Notes: generated by a model not told the origin, from the letters alone. Shown: positions 8,952-19,598, numbered from the stretch's first letter. The stretch: 64,000 nucleotides of DNA from Candidatus Cloacimonadota bacterium (GCA_963667255.1 OY762940.1:128001-192000), one strand, 5' to 3'. Numbers and translations: made by a program.

Positions 8952-9650
8952 TTATATCAGCGTTTCCCGAAAAGCCTGATAAACCTTTTGATAGGCATCT
9001 CCGTTCAACGACTCCAAATTTTTTTTCATCGTAATCTCGTCCCTACGAGCCAAAGGACCCGTGAGACAATTTTTCCAGTTCTCATCAAGATTTTGGAAAA
9101 TCCTCTGCATATACGGTCGCAGCAACTCCGCTTTCAAACCCAATTTCCCCTCAAAATCGGAGAACGCTTTTTGCCACAACATCACCGTGAAATTGCCCGA
9201 CAGCACACACAGTGCGTGGTATAGAGGCTTGTCAGCGGGATTGATAGCGAATGACTGATTGGACAAATCGGGGAAAATCTCCGCAAAAGTCGGCTTGCCC
9301 CTTTCGCTAATGAACGGAATCGCCCGATACTCCTCCAGCGAATACACCTCTCGAGAAAACGACATCAAAGGATGGTATGACGGGACGCCGTCTATGACCA
9401 GACTGCCCGAAAAGTGAATCAGGCTGAACTTATGAAGATTGGGATTGTTTTTTACGAAAGATGATATAGCTCCGTCACTGATGAGGAGCAACACGGCTCG
9501 ACAATAGCGGAATGTAGCGGAAGGGTCGGCATCTCCGTCGGCTCTGCGAGACCACCTGACGAAAGGGAGTCCGCTCAAACGCAAATAGTGGCAAAAGTGG
9601 TTTGCCATTCTGCCGTCACCGACGACACCGTATAAGAATTTCTTGCTCAT
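8952..9650 (-). CDS. panG: Rossmann-like / DUF2520 protein, probable PanG-type ketopantoate reductase
   Basis: GVVGDGRMA, HFSG, HPLMSF, YHA..V..GNF, LTGPLARRD motifs; first gene of the pan operon. Confidence 0.75.
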   Translation of the reverse strand: MSKKFLYGVVGDGRMANHFCHYLRLSGLPFVRWSRRADGDADPSATFRYCRAVLLLISDGAISSFVKNNPNLHKFSLIHFSGSLVIDGVPSYHPLMSFSREVYSLEEYRAIPFISERGKPTFAEIFPDLSNQSFAINPADKPLYHALCVLSGNFTVMLWQKAFSDFEGKLGLKAELLRPYMQRIFQNLDENWKNCLTGPLARRDEITMKKNLESLNGDAYQKVYQAFRETLI

Positions 9651-9814
9651 TTTCTTCAGGTACCTGCCTCAAAACTCCAGATCAAGTCCTTTTTTCGATT
9701 TGATTTTTTTGTAAAACTTATTGGTATGAGGTTTCCGTTGGGAGACTCTCATCCACGCTTTTGTGTTCTGTAACAAGGTTGGGGGTTTGCTGTCAAGGAT
9801 TTTGTTATGATAGC

Positions 9815-10080
9815 ACTCGTTTCTTAGAGGAAGCGAGTGCGGGTGTCCCCGTCCACTCCCATCTGGATTCCCGCGTTCGCGGGAATGAGGTGGGAAGGTG
9901 CGGGAATGAGGAGGGTGCGGGAATGAGGGTGGAAGTGGGGAATGAGGGCGGGAGGGACAAAAAACACTGGCGAGTTACCAACTCGCCAGTGCTCCGCAAT
10001 TATTCATTTTTCATTTTTATTTTTTATTTATTCCTCTCGCCTGCTCTCTCCGAAAATTATCCCTTATCAATTATCAATTG
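9815..10080. repeat. mosaic palindromic intergenic repeat, copy B
   Basis: ATTCCC-N8-GGGAAT at 9867-9886, GTGCGGGAATGAG sub-repeats, hairpin at 9965-9991, heptamers. Confidence 0.9.
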
Positions 10081-10429
10081 TTTTCACCGGCTTATTATAC
10101 ACTCCCGACTCAGCCATCTCATCCACAAATTTATCCAAGCCGGCATCTCTAATCCTATCAATACAACCCTTCCTATCAGACTTGAAGAGCAACGCAAACG
10201 CCTTGGAAATCCAATTGTTGAACTTCTTGCAATCGTTCACATCGGAGTAGTTTTTACAGTCGGCACAAGTAGCATAATTGTTTTCTATACAACAAGTTCG
10301 GAGCTTACACCAAGTAGCTTTCACATAATCGTGGCAACCAACACATTTCCCTTTTAGATAGCGTCGGCAAGTCCCGCAATACAAACCGCAATAAGCAACC
10401 AGTTTTTTATCTTTTTCAATCGATTTCAT
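10067..10429 (-). CDS. DUF3795-like Cys-rich metal-binding protein
   Basis: CGLYCGTC..CVGC..C.LRTCC..CADC pattern; start chosen by AGGAG spacing. Confidence 0.75.
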   Translation of the reverse strand: MKSIEKDKKLVAYCGLYCGTCRRYLKGKCVGCHDYVKATWCKLRTCCIENNYATCADCKNYSDVNDCKKFNNWISKAFALLFKSDRKGCIDRIRDAGLDKFVDEMAESGVYNKPVKTIDN

Positions 10430-10447
10430 CTTCATCACTCCTAAAAA

Positions 10448-11311
10448 TTAAAGTTCTTCGTCTAATTCCAATTTATTTTGACCAATAGCCAAACTATTTT
10501 TGTCAGAAATTATACTTCTCCCCAACTCTCTTTCGGTGCTTTTGCGGGCATCTCCCGCAACTTTCCCACCTCTCATTGCTACTTTTTTATTTTCCGAGAA
10601 TGTCTCAGGTTTCTCTTCTTGGGAAATCTCAGTAGTCACTCTCTCGCCCAACATCGTGAAAATTAATTCCAAATCGTCCATATTATCGCGAAGATTTATC
10701 TTCGATTTCGCTGGCAAATTCTTGAGTTCTTTATATTGACTCGGTGTCAGTCCAAAAGTGGCTTTTGAGATTTCCGCTGTCAAAATAGCATAATCTCTTT
10801 CTTCTGTTATCCCTCGGGCTTTCCACTCATCAGTCAGATTTTGGCGAATAGCAATCCCTCTAAGCCGTTTATCTATCCAATCTTGCGGATAGCCTTTTTG
10901 CTCATACAAGAATTTCATTCTCTCTTGGGCAAGCTCTGGATTCTCTATTTCGTCCAAACGCTCTTTGCCCACTTGTGCCAACCACTGTTTAAAAGGCTCT
11001 GCCTTTTTTGAAGGAATCGATTGAATTAGGCGGAAAATGTCTTTGGAATTACCTGCTAATGTTTTACGAATTTTCCCTGACACTGCTTGCATTTTTATCT
11101 GGGGACAATTTGTCCCTAGGTAACTTTTCAACTCTTCATCCCGCTTTCGGATTTTTTTCAAATAGTCGGTAGGATTTTCGCTCTCCGTCAGCACCGCCAC
11201 AATATCAACTAGAGAATAATACCACTCACCATTATACCAAGCACGGCGAATCTCTCTATCCTGAAATATAACAAGCTTGCTCTTTTCCACATTTTCTGTT
11301 ATATTTTCCAT
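10448..11311 (-). CDS. Bro-N domain DNA-binding protein (antirepressor-like)
   Basis: IRR.W...EWYYSLVDIV, RLIQSIPS.KAEPFKQWLA, NLRDNM..LEL motifs. Confidence 0.85.
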   Translation of the reverse strand: MENITENVEKSKLVIFQDREIRRAWYNGEWYYSLVDIVAVLTESENPTDYLKKIRKRDEELKSYLGTNCPQIKMQAVSGKIRKTLAGNSKDIFRLIQSIPSKKAEPFKQWLAQVGKERLDEIENPELAQERMKFLYEQKGYPQDWIDKRLRGIAIRQNLTDEWKARGITEERDYAILTAEISKATFGLTPSQYKELKNLPAKSKINLRDNMDDLELIFTMLGERVTTEISQEEKPETFSENKKVAMRGGKVAGDARKSTERELGRSIISDKNSLAIGQNKLELDEEL

Positions 11312-11320
11312 CACTGTCTC

Positions 11321-14155
11321 CTATACTAATTTCCTATCTAACTTCTCTTTCAAAAACTTGCCCGTAAAACTCTCTTTGCAATTCATCACTTCTTCCACAA
11401 TGCCCGCTACTACCAGCTCTCCTCCACCATCTCCACCATCGGGACCAAGGTCGATAATGTAATCGCTCGCCGCTATCACATCCAGATTATGCTCAATGAC
11501 GATAATCGTGTTGCCCATATCCACCAAGCGGGACAACACCTGCAACAGTTTATTGATGTCCTCGAAGTGCAGTCCTGTAGTCGGCTCGTCCAAGAGATAG
11601 AGAGTCTTCCCCGTAGAGATTTTGGACAGCTCTTTCGCCAACTTAATCCGCTGAGCCTCGCCACCGGAGAGAGTTGTGGAAGACTGCCCGAGCTTGATAT
11701 AGTCCAAACCCACATCTATCAAGGTCTGCAATTTCGTGCGAATTGAGGGAATATTGGCAAACAGTTCCAACGCTTTGGAAATCTCCAAATCCAAGACATC
11801 GGCGATATTGTAGTCTTTGTATTTCACAGTCAGAGTCTGCTCGTTATAGCGTTTACCGTGGCACACACTGCAAGGGACAAAGACATCGGGCAAAAAGTGC
11901 ATCTCGATTTGGTTCACACCGTTGCCACCACACGCCTCACAGCGACCACCTTTCACATTGAAGGAGAATCTGCCGGCGTTAAATCCGTGCAATTTGGCAG
12001 TAGGCAACGAAGCAAAAAGAGTGCGAATCTCGTCGAAAACCTTGATGTAAGTTGCCGGATTGGAGCGAGGAGTCCGCCCGATAGGCGACTGGTCTATGCT
12101 AATCACCTTATCGAAATAGTTCTCGCCCTTTATACTCTTAAACTTGCCTATCGGATACTTGCTCCGATTTATCTTGTTCGCCATATACGGATAGACTATC
12201 TGATTGACCAGAGAGGATTTACCACCGCCTGAGACACCAGTCACACAGGTAAACAAGCCCACGGGAAAATCGACATCGATACTCTTCAGATTGTTTTGCT
12301 CCGCTCCGATAATTTTCAGCACTCTCTTGTCTTTTTTGCGTTTGCGAGCAGGAACTTCAATTACTTTGACACCGCTCAGATATTGCCCCGTGAGAGAAGC
12401 GGGATTTCTCATTATCTCTTCGATGTTGCCCTGTGCCACCACCTCTCCACCGTTGCAACCAGCCATTGGTCCAAAATCGACGATTTGGTCGGAACTCTCC
12501 ATCATCTCTTGGTCATGCTCCACCACAAGCACGGAGTTCCCGAGATTTTTCAGCTTTTGCAACATCCTTATCAGAGACCTATTGTCCCGCTGATGCAGAC
12601 CGATAGACGGCTCATCCAAGATATACATCACTCCGACCAAACCGCTACCAATCTGACTTGCCAGACGAATCCGCTGAGCCTCGCCACCAGAGAGTGTGGG
12701 AGCGGAGCGATTGAGATTGAGATAGTGCAAACCGACCTCTCGCAAAAAAGTCAGTCGCTCCTTTATCTCTTTCAAAATCTCTTTGCCGATTTGGGCATCG
12801 TTGCCGGTCAACCGCAAATCCTCAAAATAATCCAACGCTTTGGCAACTGACATCTGCACGATTTCGTCAATGTTTCGCCCATCTATTAGCACAGCCAAAC
12901 TCTTGGGATTGAGCTTTTTCCCGTGGCAATGCGGACAAACTTCCTCGCCCATAAAGCTGAGATAGTATTTCCGCATATACGATGAACTCGTGTTTTTCAG
13001 CCTTCTCTTCAGCGTAGTTATCACACCTTCAAATCCACTGTCAAAATTGTATTCGCCCCGTTTGGAGTTCCACACGACATTGACATTGGTATCATGTCCG
13101 TATAAAATCGCCTGTTTGACATCCTCCGACAGCTCTTTCCACGGAGTTTTGAGACTAAATCCCAACTCTTGAGCCAAGCCATTTACCACCTGATAATCAA
13201 GATTGTGCGTCTTATCTTTCAGCTCCTTCCAGGGCTTCACAGCTCCATCCCACAGCGACAGATTTTCGTCAGGGACGATTTTCTTCGAGTCAAAATCGTA
13301 AAGTATGCCAAGTCCGTTGCAATGCTCACACATACCTATCGGACTATTAAAAGAGAAAGACTGTGGCGACAGCTCCTCAAACCCAATTCCGCACTCCGCA
13401 CAAGAATTTTTCTCGGAAAGCACTTCGCTCTCCTGCAAATCGGGGTAATCGACCTTGATAAATCCGCCACTCATCCGCAAAGCTGTCTCTATGGAGTCCG
13501 CCAAACGAGAGCGAATTTCCGCTTTTAGCACGAGCCTATCTACCACCACATCAATCGTATGCTTGCTCTTTTTGTCCAAAACAATCTCTTCCGACAAATC
13601 ACGAGTTGTCCCGTTAATCATAATCCGCGAAAATCCCTCGTTGCGAGCCTCTTCTATCTCTTTGGTGTGAGTTCCTTTGCGATTTTTGACCAACGGTGCC
13701 AATATCTGAAACTTAGTCCCTTCTTCTCTCTCATAGATGTGAGCTATCATCTGGTCAACCGACTGGCTGCCCACAGGATTCCCGCAAATATGGCAATGTT
13801 GTTTGCCTATCCGAGCGAACAACAGTCGCAGATAGTCGTAAATCTCCGTGATAGTTCCCACGGTCGAACGGGGATTTTTGGAAGCGGTCTTCTGCTCTAT
13901 GGAGATGGCAGGCGACAAGCCCTCGATGTAGTCAACATTCGGCTTCTCCATTTGCCCCAAGAACTGCCGTGCATAGCTGGACAAGCTCTCCATGTAGCGT
14001 CTCTGTCCCTCCGCAAAAAGCGTGTCGAAAGCCAAAGAGGATTTGCCCGAACCGGACACACCCGTGAACACCACCAAAGCATTTCTCGGTATAGTCAAAT
14101 CGACATTTTTCAGATTATGCTCGCTGGCACCCTTGATTACAATCTCATTTTTCAT
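11321..14155 (-). CDS. uvrA: excinuclease ABC subunit A
   Basis: Two ABC domains (GVSGSGKSSL; LSGGEAQRI twice), Zn fingers, 944 aa. Confidence 0.98.
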   Translation of the reverse strand: MKNEIVIKGASEHNLKNVDLTIPRNALVVFTGVSGSGKSSLAFDTLFAEGQRRYMESLSSYARQFLGQMEKPNVDYIEGLSPAISIEQKTASKNPRSTVGTITEIYDYLRLLFARIGKQHCHICGNPVGSQSVDQMIAHIYEREEGTKFQILAPLVKNRKGTHTKEIEEARNEGFSRIMINGTTRDLSEEIVLDKKSKHTIDVVVDRLVLKAEIRSRLADSIETALRMSGGFIKVDYPDLQESEVLSEKNSCAECGIGFEELSPQSFSFNSPIGMCEHCNGLGILYDFDSKKIVPDENLSLWDGAVKPWKELKDKTHNLDYQVVNGLAQELGFSLKTPWKELSEDVKQAILYGHDTNVNVVWNSKRGEYNFDSGFEGVITTLKRRLKNTSSSYMRKYYLSFMGEEVCPHCHGKKLNPKSLAVLIDGRNIDEIVQMSVAKALDYFEDLRLTGNDAQIGKEILKEIKERLTFLREVGLHYLNLNRSAPTLSGGEAQRIRLASQIGSGLVGVMYILDEPSIGLHQRDNRSLIRMLQKLKNLGNSVLVVEHDQEMMESSDQIVDFGPMAGCNGGEVVAQGNIEEIMRNPASLTGQYLSGVKVIEVPARKRKKDKRVLKIIGAEQNNLKSIDVDFPVGLFTCVTGVSGGGKSSLVNQIVYPYMANKINRSKYPIGKFKSIKGENYFDKVISIDQSPIGRTPRSNPATYIKVFDEIRTLFASLPTAKLHGFNAGRFSFNVKGGRCEACGGNGVNQIEMHFLPDVFVPCSVCHGKRYNEQTLTVKYKDYNIADVLDLEISKALELFANIPSIRTKLQTLIDVGLDYIKLGQSSTTLSGGEAQRIKLAKELSKISTGKTLYLLDEPTTGLHFEDINKLLQVLSRLVDMGNTIIVIEHNLDVIAASDYIIDLGPDGGDGGGELVVAGIVEEVMNCKESFTGKFLKEKLDRKLV

Positions 14156-14200
14156 AAAATCTTTCCCAACCTCTCAAAATCAATCCTAATTTAAAACAAT

Positions 14201-14860
14201 CTATCTCTTAATCCGCTTAACAAACTCTTGTATCAGATGTGCAGTAATACCCCAAATCTTCTCGTGTTGATATTCGTAGTGATAAATCCCATGCGAAATC
14301 CGCGACCAAGGAGCAGAATATCTCTTAGGAAATCCAAGCTCCCGAGCAGGCAACAAAATTTTTTCTTTTCCTTCTTCATCTATGTAACTCGGCTGTATTT
14401 CCACCTTCACCTTATACAATTTCGGCTCATTATTGATGAAAAAGTCCAAAGGAACGGAAAAAACTTCGGCAACCTCTTCGCAATTAAATTTCAATTTTTT
14501 TACATCGCAATTTCGCAAAATCCCCACAAATCCCTCTATCGCTACACCCAAAGGGGAAATCAAAGTTCCCAATCTCCCCAAAATCTCCAAATCTTCTTCA
14601 TCAACTCCCAATTCCTCTACAGTTTCTCTGATAGCAGTATCTCTGTAGCTCTCATCAACGCCTCTTTCAAACTCTCCACCCGGAAAGCTAACCTCTCCGC
14701 CCTGCGGAATACTCTTGGCTCTCTTCTCAAAGACAAAATGAAGATTGCCCTCGACCTCAGTCAGCAAGAGCAAAACAGCAAAATTCGTGTAATTTTCCTT
14801 CCGTCCTATTATGTCAACTTCTAGGGAAAGCGAAGTTTTTATAAAATCCAAATCCAACAA
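14201..14860 (-). CDS. Nudix hydrolase, CoA pyrophosphatase family
   Basis: EKRA...QGGEVSFPGG followed by Nudix box RETVEELG; IWGITA. Confidence 0.85.
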   Translation of the reverse strand: MLDLDFIKTSLSLEVDIIGRKENYTNFAVLLLLTEVEGNLHFVFEKRAKSIPQGGEVSFPGGEFERGVDESYRDTAIRETVEELGVDEEDLEILGRLGTLISPLGVAIEGFVGILRNCDVKKLKFNCEEVAEVFSVPLDFFINNEPKLYKVKVEIQPSYIDEEGKEKILLPARELGFPKRYSAPWSRISHGIYHYEYQHEKIWGITAHLIQEFVKRIKR

Positions 14861-14876
14861 AATTTACCAACCTATC

Positions 14877-15518
14877 CTAAATATAAATCGAAAATTTCTT
14901 TTCCAATTTCCCGAAGATGTTCACTATCACAGAGGTAAAAATTAGATACAAAGCTGCTGCCAACAAGAAGGGCAAAATATTGAAATCTCGCGAAAAAATC
15001 TCTTTGGCGGAGCGGAGCAAATCGCCCATTCCGATTATCGCTACCAAAGCGGTGTCCTTCACCAAAGTGATAGCTTCGTTGCAGGTGGCAGGCAACACTC
15101 GTCTAACAGTTTGCGGCAAGATTACCCTGTTCATCATCTGCCAATAGTTCATCCCCAAAGCCTTGGATACCTCGTATTGTCCCTTGTCTATCGACTGGAT
15201 GCCACCACGATATATCTCCGTAAAATACGCCGCATAATTGAACACGAATGTGATGACGGCAGCTGTAAAAGGTGTGAGGCTAATCCCGAAAATCGATAAT
15301 CCGAAATAGACGAAAAACAGTTGCAAGAGCAAGGGCGTGCCTCTGACTACCCAAGTGTAAAATCCCACAATCCTCGCTATCACCGGTCCGAGCGACAGTT
15401 TGCTCAGAGCAAACAAAATCCCCAACGGAATGGACAGCACTATCGTAACACCATATAAACTCAGCGTGATACCACACCCTTTTAGCAAATACACCAAAGT
15501 ATCCAACAAATATTCCAC
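14877..15518 (-). CDS. polar amino acid ABC transporter permease
   Basis: RGTPLLLQL, AAYFTEIYRGGIQSIDKGQ. Confidence 0.93.
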   Translation of the reverse strand: MEYLLDTLVYLLKGCGITLSLYGVTIVLSIPLGILFALSKLSLGPVIARIVGFYTWVVRGTPLLLQLFFVYFGLSIFGISLTPFTAAVITFVFNYAAYFTEIYRGGIQSIDKGQYEVSKALGMNYWQMMNRVILPQTVRRVLPATCNEAITLVKDTALVAIIGMGDLLRSAKEIFSRDFNILPFLLAAALYLIFTSVIVNIFGKLEKKFSIYI

Positions 15519-15605
15519 AACTAACTCCTTACAGTAAACAAAACCGCCTATTCACTTCCGCAAAATCCAGAAATAAAATAGACGGTCGTAAATATATAAA
15601 AAATC

Positions 15606-16391
15606 TTACTTCAAAAGGACAGACTCTCCAAACCATTTTTTGGAAATGCCATCAGCAGTCCCGTCGTTCTTGAGTTCGTCAATAGCTTCGCTAAGTTTCT
15701 TCACAAACTCCTCGTCACTCTTACGCATACCCACACCATACTCTTCGTGACCGAGATTTTCTTCCAACACATTGTAAATCCCCAACTTCTTAGCTATATA
15801 ATATCTGCCCACAATCTCGTCAACCACCACAGCGTCTATTCTGCCAGCTTCCAAATCCAACAAAGCCTCAGTGTTGTTAGAGTATTTTCTGATATCTTTC
15901 AAACTCTTGCACACAGCTTCGTTGCCTTCCAAAGCAGTTTGACTGGAAGAACCCATTTGCAAACCAACAACCTTACCTTGCAAATCGCCAAGAGATTTCA
16001 CCTCGGAATCTTTTTGCACCACGACAATTTGTCTATTTGCCATATACGCAGGCGAAAAAGCTATCTTTTCCTTTCTCTCATCGGTAATGGTCAAACCGTT
16101 CCAGATAACATCGATGTCGCCCTTGTTGAGTGACATCACTATGCCGTCCCAGTCAACAGGCTTAAATTCAGCTTTCAGACCAAGTTTAGCCGCAGCCGCA
16201 TTAGCCAAATCAATATCAAATCCCACAATTTCGCCGTTTTCACCTCTAAAACCCATAGGCGGGAAATTGTCATCAAGACCAACTACAAATACACCTTTTT
16301 TCTTAATCTTGCCCCAAGAATCGCTACTTTCTTTGCAACCGAGAGCAAAGAGCAATCCCAGAGCCAAGAAAAACAATAAAACTTTTTTCAT
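15606..16391 (-). CDS. amino acid ABC transporter substrate-binding lipoprotein
   Basis: Lipobox ALGC, FPPMGF, GFDIDLA; start at ATG 16391 after AAGGAG. Confidence 0.92.
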   Translation of the reverse strand: MKKVLLFFLALGLLFALGCKESSDSWGKIKKKGVFVVGLDDNFPPMGFRGENGEIVGFDIDLANAAAAKLGLKAEFKPVDWDGIVMSLNKGDIDVIWNGLTITDERKEKIAFSPAYMANRQIVVVQKDSEVKSLGDLQGKVVGLQMGSSSQTALEGNEAVCKSLKDIRKYSNNTEALLDLEAGRIDAVVVDEIVGRYYIAKKLGIYNVLEENLGHEEYGVGMRKSDEEFVKKLSEAIDELKNDGTADGISKKWFGESVLLK

Positions 16392-16636
16392 ACTAATTTT
16401 CTCCTTTTTGTTGTAGTTACACACCATGTCGCAAGAAAAATACCCATTGAAAAAAGGTCAATCATAAGATTTTTTTTGTGTGCTACATTTACTGTTTCTA
16501 TATCTGCCAATAATCCTCAACAACTTTCAGAAAGTAACTCTTTATAATATTGCCAAATTAAAACAACAAAGCATTTGACAACTTCTTCCTGTAGGATACT
16601 TATTTGTTCAATATCAAATCTAAGGAGGAAAAGAAA

Positions 16637-17656
16637 GTGATTAATGTGAGAAAATTGACGGTTTTGTTTTTGTTTGTCTGCTCTATGAGTGGACTTTTGG
16701 CAAAAACCTACCAAATGAAGTTCGCTTTCCAATTTAAAAACGACATTTACGAAGCAAACGAGGCAACTTTTGCAAATGTTTTCAAGTCTTATGTAGAGTC
16801 TATGTCCAACGGGAGAATCAAAGTTAAACTTTTCCCTGGTGGTGTGCTCGGTAAAGAGAGAGAAAATTTCGTAAATGTACAGAACAATGTTATCCAAGGA
16901 ACATTGTCATCAGTAGGAGGAATTGCCCAATTCTATCCACCTATCGCTGTAGTTGACATCCCATTCGCATTTGCTAATAACGCTGTTGCTTGGGAAGTTT
17001 ACGATGGTTGGTTCGGCGACAAAATCCGTGCAGACATTTATGCCAAAACTGGCGTTCGCTGTCTGGCTACAACAGAAACTGGAGGATTTTTCGCTTTTAC
17101 CAACAGTAAAAGAGCTGTTCATTCTCCAAAGGATATGAAAGGTCTTAAATTCCGCACAATGGAAAACTCCGGACACATAAAAATGATATCACTTCTTGGA
17201 GCCTCCGCCGTTCCTATCGCTTGGCTGGAGCTTTACACATCTCTGCAAACCGGCGTGATTGACGGTCAAATGAACCCTCTGCCTACAATGCTCAACGCTA
17301 AATTGGAAGAGGTGCAAAAATACATTACACTTACCAATCACCTCTATGGGACAGACTGGTTCATGGTAAATGATGATTGGTATAACTCTCTGCCTGATGA
17401 CCTTAAAAAAATCGTAAATGACGGTGCAGTTATAGCTAATGTTGCCGATCGTGGTGCACAAAGAATTTTGGACGCCTTGGCTACGGAAGGACTCACTAAG
17501 AAAGGACTAAAAATTTACAAACCAACCGCAGAAGAGGTCAAAGAGTTCAAAGATATGGTGCAAGACGATTATATCGAATGGTTGAAAAAAGAAAATCCCG
17601 AAAACAACAAATGGATTGATGATTTGCAAAAAGCTATCAAGGAAGCCGAAAAATAA
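16637..17656 (+). CDS. dctP: TRAP transporter substrate-binding protein
   Basis: KGLKFRTM, ELYTSLQTGVIDGQMN; GTG start 8 nt after AAGGAGG. Confidence 0.93.
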   Translation: MINVRKLTVLFLFVCSMSGLLAKTYQMKFAFQFKNDIYEANEATFANVFKSYVESMSNGRIKVKLFPGGVLGKERENFVNVQNNVIQGTLSSVGGIAQFYPPIAVVDIPFAFANNAVAWEVYDGWFGDKIRADIYAKTGVRCLATTETGGFFAFTNSKRAVHSPKDMKGLKFRTMENSGHIKMISLLGASAVPIAWLELYTSLQTGVIDGQMNPLPTMLNAKLEEVQKYITLTNHLYGTDWFMVNDDWYNSLPDDLKKIVNDGAVIANVADRGAQRILDALATEGLTKKGLKIYKPTAEEVKEFKDMVQDDYIEWLKKENPENNKWIDDLQKAIKEAEK

Positions 17657-17685
17657 TAGAGCTTTTTTGAAAATTTAAAAATCAT

Positions 17686-17734
17686 AGGGCAAGTTTTATG
17701 TAGCATCTGCTTTTTATAATCTTGCCCTTTTTTT
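17686..17734 (+). terminator. intra-operon stem-loop after dctP
   Basis: AGGGCAAG...CTTGCCCT followed by a T run. Confidence 0.6.
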
Positions 17735-17782
17735 GTTAACCAAGATTAGTCTCAAATATTTTATTTTAAGGAACTTAAAAAA

Positions 17783-18286
17783 GTGAATTTAACTATATTC
17801 AAGAAACTAAGCGATGTGATAGATAAAATAGTAGGATACATTTGCATCTGTTTTGCTATTGGCATGACTATTAGCACTCTCTGCGGTGTATTTCTGCGTT
17901 ACATCACATCCAACCCTCTCAGTTGGACGGAAGAATTTGCCCGTTATGCAATGATTTGGATGGGATTGCTTGCCATCAGTATGGGTGTAAAACGCTACTC
18001 TCATCTCGGAGTAAGTTTTTTCTACAATCTACTACATCCTACTGTTCGCAAAACCTTGACAATAATAATTAACATTTTAATTATTTTCTTTTTCGTTATT
18101 ATGCTCATCTACGGTTGGGACATGACAAAAAACGGTCACAGCCAAATATCTCCGGCTCTAAAAATGCATATGAGCTATATTTTGGTTGTTGTTCCTATTG
18201 CCTCGGCTATCAGCATCTACCATTCGCTTATTTTGCTCTGGGAATCTTTCCGAGTTTCAGGCAAAAGCGTCAATTCTCAATCTTAA
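17783..18286 (+). CDS. dctQ: TRAP small permease
   Basis: WTEEFARY, 4 TM helices, between dctP and dctM. Confidence 0.92.
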   Translation: MNLTIFKKLSDVIDKIVGYICICFAIGMTISTLCGVFLRYITSNPLSWTEEFARYAMIWMGLLAISMGVKRYSHLGVSFFYNLLHPTVRKTLTIIINILIIFFFVIMLIYGWDMTKNGHSQISPALKMHMSYILVVVPIASAISIYHSLILLWESFRVSGKSVNSQS

Positions 18287-18296
18287 GGAGGACAAA

Positions 18297-19583
18297 GTGC
18301 CATTATTTTTAGCAATTTCGTTTGCAATCCTACTGATAATCAGCGTTCCCATCGGTTTTACATTGGGGCTAACTTCCGTTTTTGCCATTTTCAAATCTCA
18401 AATGTATGTCCTGCTCAACATAGTTCCACAGAGATTTTTTGCCGGTGTAGATATGTTTCCGATTATGGCTATGCCGTTCTTTATGATTGCCGGCGACTTG
18501 ATGAACCGTTGCAAAATTACAGATAGCCTTATCGAGTTTTCCAACACTCTTGTGGGACACATCAGAGGTGGCTTGGCTCATTCAAATATCGTTGCCAGCA
18601 TCTTCTTTGCCGGAATAACAGGAGCGGCTGTAGCAGATTCCGCAGCTCTCGGTTCTGTTTTAATACCCGCTATGAAAAAAGACGGATACGATGAAGATTT
18701 TTCCGCAGCTATCACCGCTGCTTCTTCCATTATCGGTCCTATTATTCCTCCAAGTACTATCATGGTAATATACGGCTCTATCATGGGAGTCTCTATCGCC
18801 GGATTATTTGCTGCCGGTGTGCTGCCCGGAGTCTTGGTAGGTATACTCTTGATGATTATGACCTACTTTATCGCCAAAAAAAGAAATTATCCCAAATTTT
18901 CCCAAAGCACTACTTGGGCTTATAAATTTAAAATTTTCAAAAAAAGTATTCTTGCTTTAATCCTCCCCGTTATCATTCTTGGAGGGATTTTATCGGGATA
19001 TTTCACACCAACCGAAGCCGCAGCAGTTTCTGTATTTTATGCTTTCTTCATCGGATTTTTTGTTACCAAAACTTTAAAACTCAAAGATTTACCCGAGATT
19101 TTCCTGAATTGTGCAAAAAATACAGGAATAATATTTTTGCTAATGTCTACCGCATCAATTCTCAGTTTCTTTATGGCAAGCGAAAGTATCCCAGAAATGA
19201 TCGCCGAAATTATGCTTGGCATCTCTACCAACAAATATGTTATCCTCTTTCTAATCTGCATATTGCTGTTGGTTATCGGTATGTTCATGGACATTACAGC
19301 TGCCTTGCTAATCCTTGCTCCGATTTTGGCACCTCTGGCAATAGAATTGGGTATTCACCCTCTTCACTTTGCCATAGTGATGGTAGTCGGATTAAACATC
19401 GGACTAATGACTCCTCCTCTCGGAGCTTGCTTATTTGTAGTTTGCGGGATTACCGGACTACCACTGGAAAAAGTGGCAAAAGAGATTTTACCGTTCATTG
19501 TCGCTGAAGTCATAGCCCTTTTCATTGTCGCCTTTTGGCCTCCACTGTCCATGGCTGTTCCAAAAATGTTCGGACTTTTTTAA
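18297..19583 (+). CDS. dctM: TRAP large permease
   Basis: PFFMIAG, IIPPS, GYFTPTEAA, TPPLG; GTG start after AAGGAGG. Confidence 0.95.
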   Translation: MPLFLAISFAILLIISVPIGFTLGLTSVFAIFKSQMYVLLNIVPQRFFAGVDMFPIMAMPFFMIAGDLMNRCKITDSLIEFSNTLVGHIRGGLAHSNIVASIFFAGITGAAVADSAALGSVLIPAMKKDGYDEDFSAAITAASSIIGPIIPPSTIMVIYGSIMGVSIAGLFAAGVLPGVLVGILLMIMTYFIAKKRNYPKFSQSTTWAYKFKIFKKSILALILPVIILGGILSGYFTPTEAAAVSVFYAFFIGFFVTKTLKLKDLPEIFLNCAKNTGIIFLLMSTASILSFFMASESIPEMIAEIMLGISTNKYVILFLICILLLVIGMFMDITAALLILAPILAPLAIELGIHPLHFAIVMVVGLNIGLMTPPLGACLFVVCGITGLPLEKVAKEILPFIVAEVIALFIVAFWPPLSMAVPKMFGLF

Positions 19584-19598
19584 CAAATCAAACAAAAT

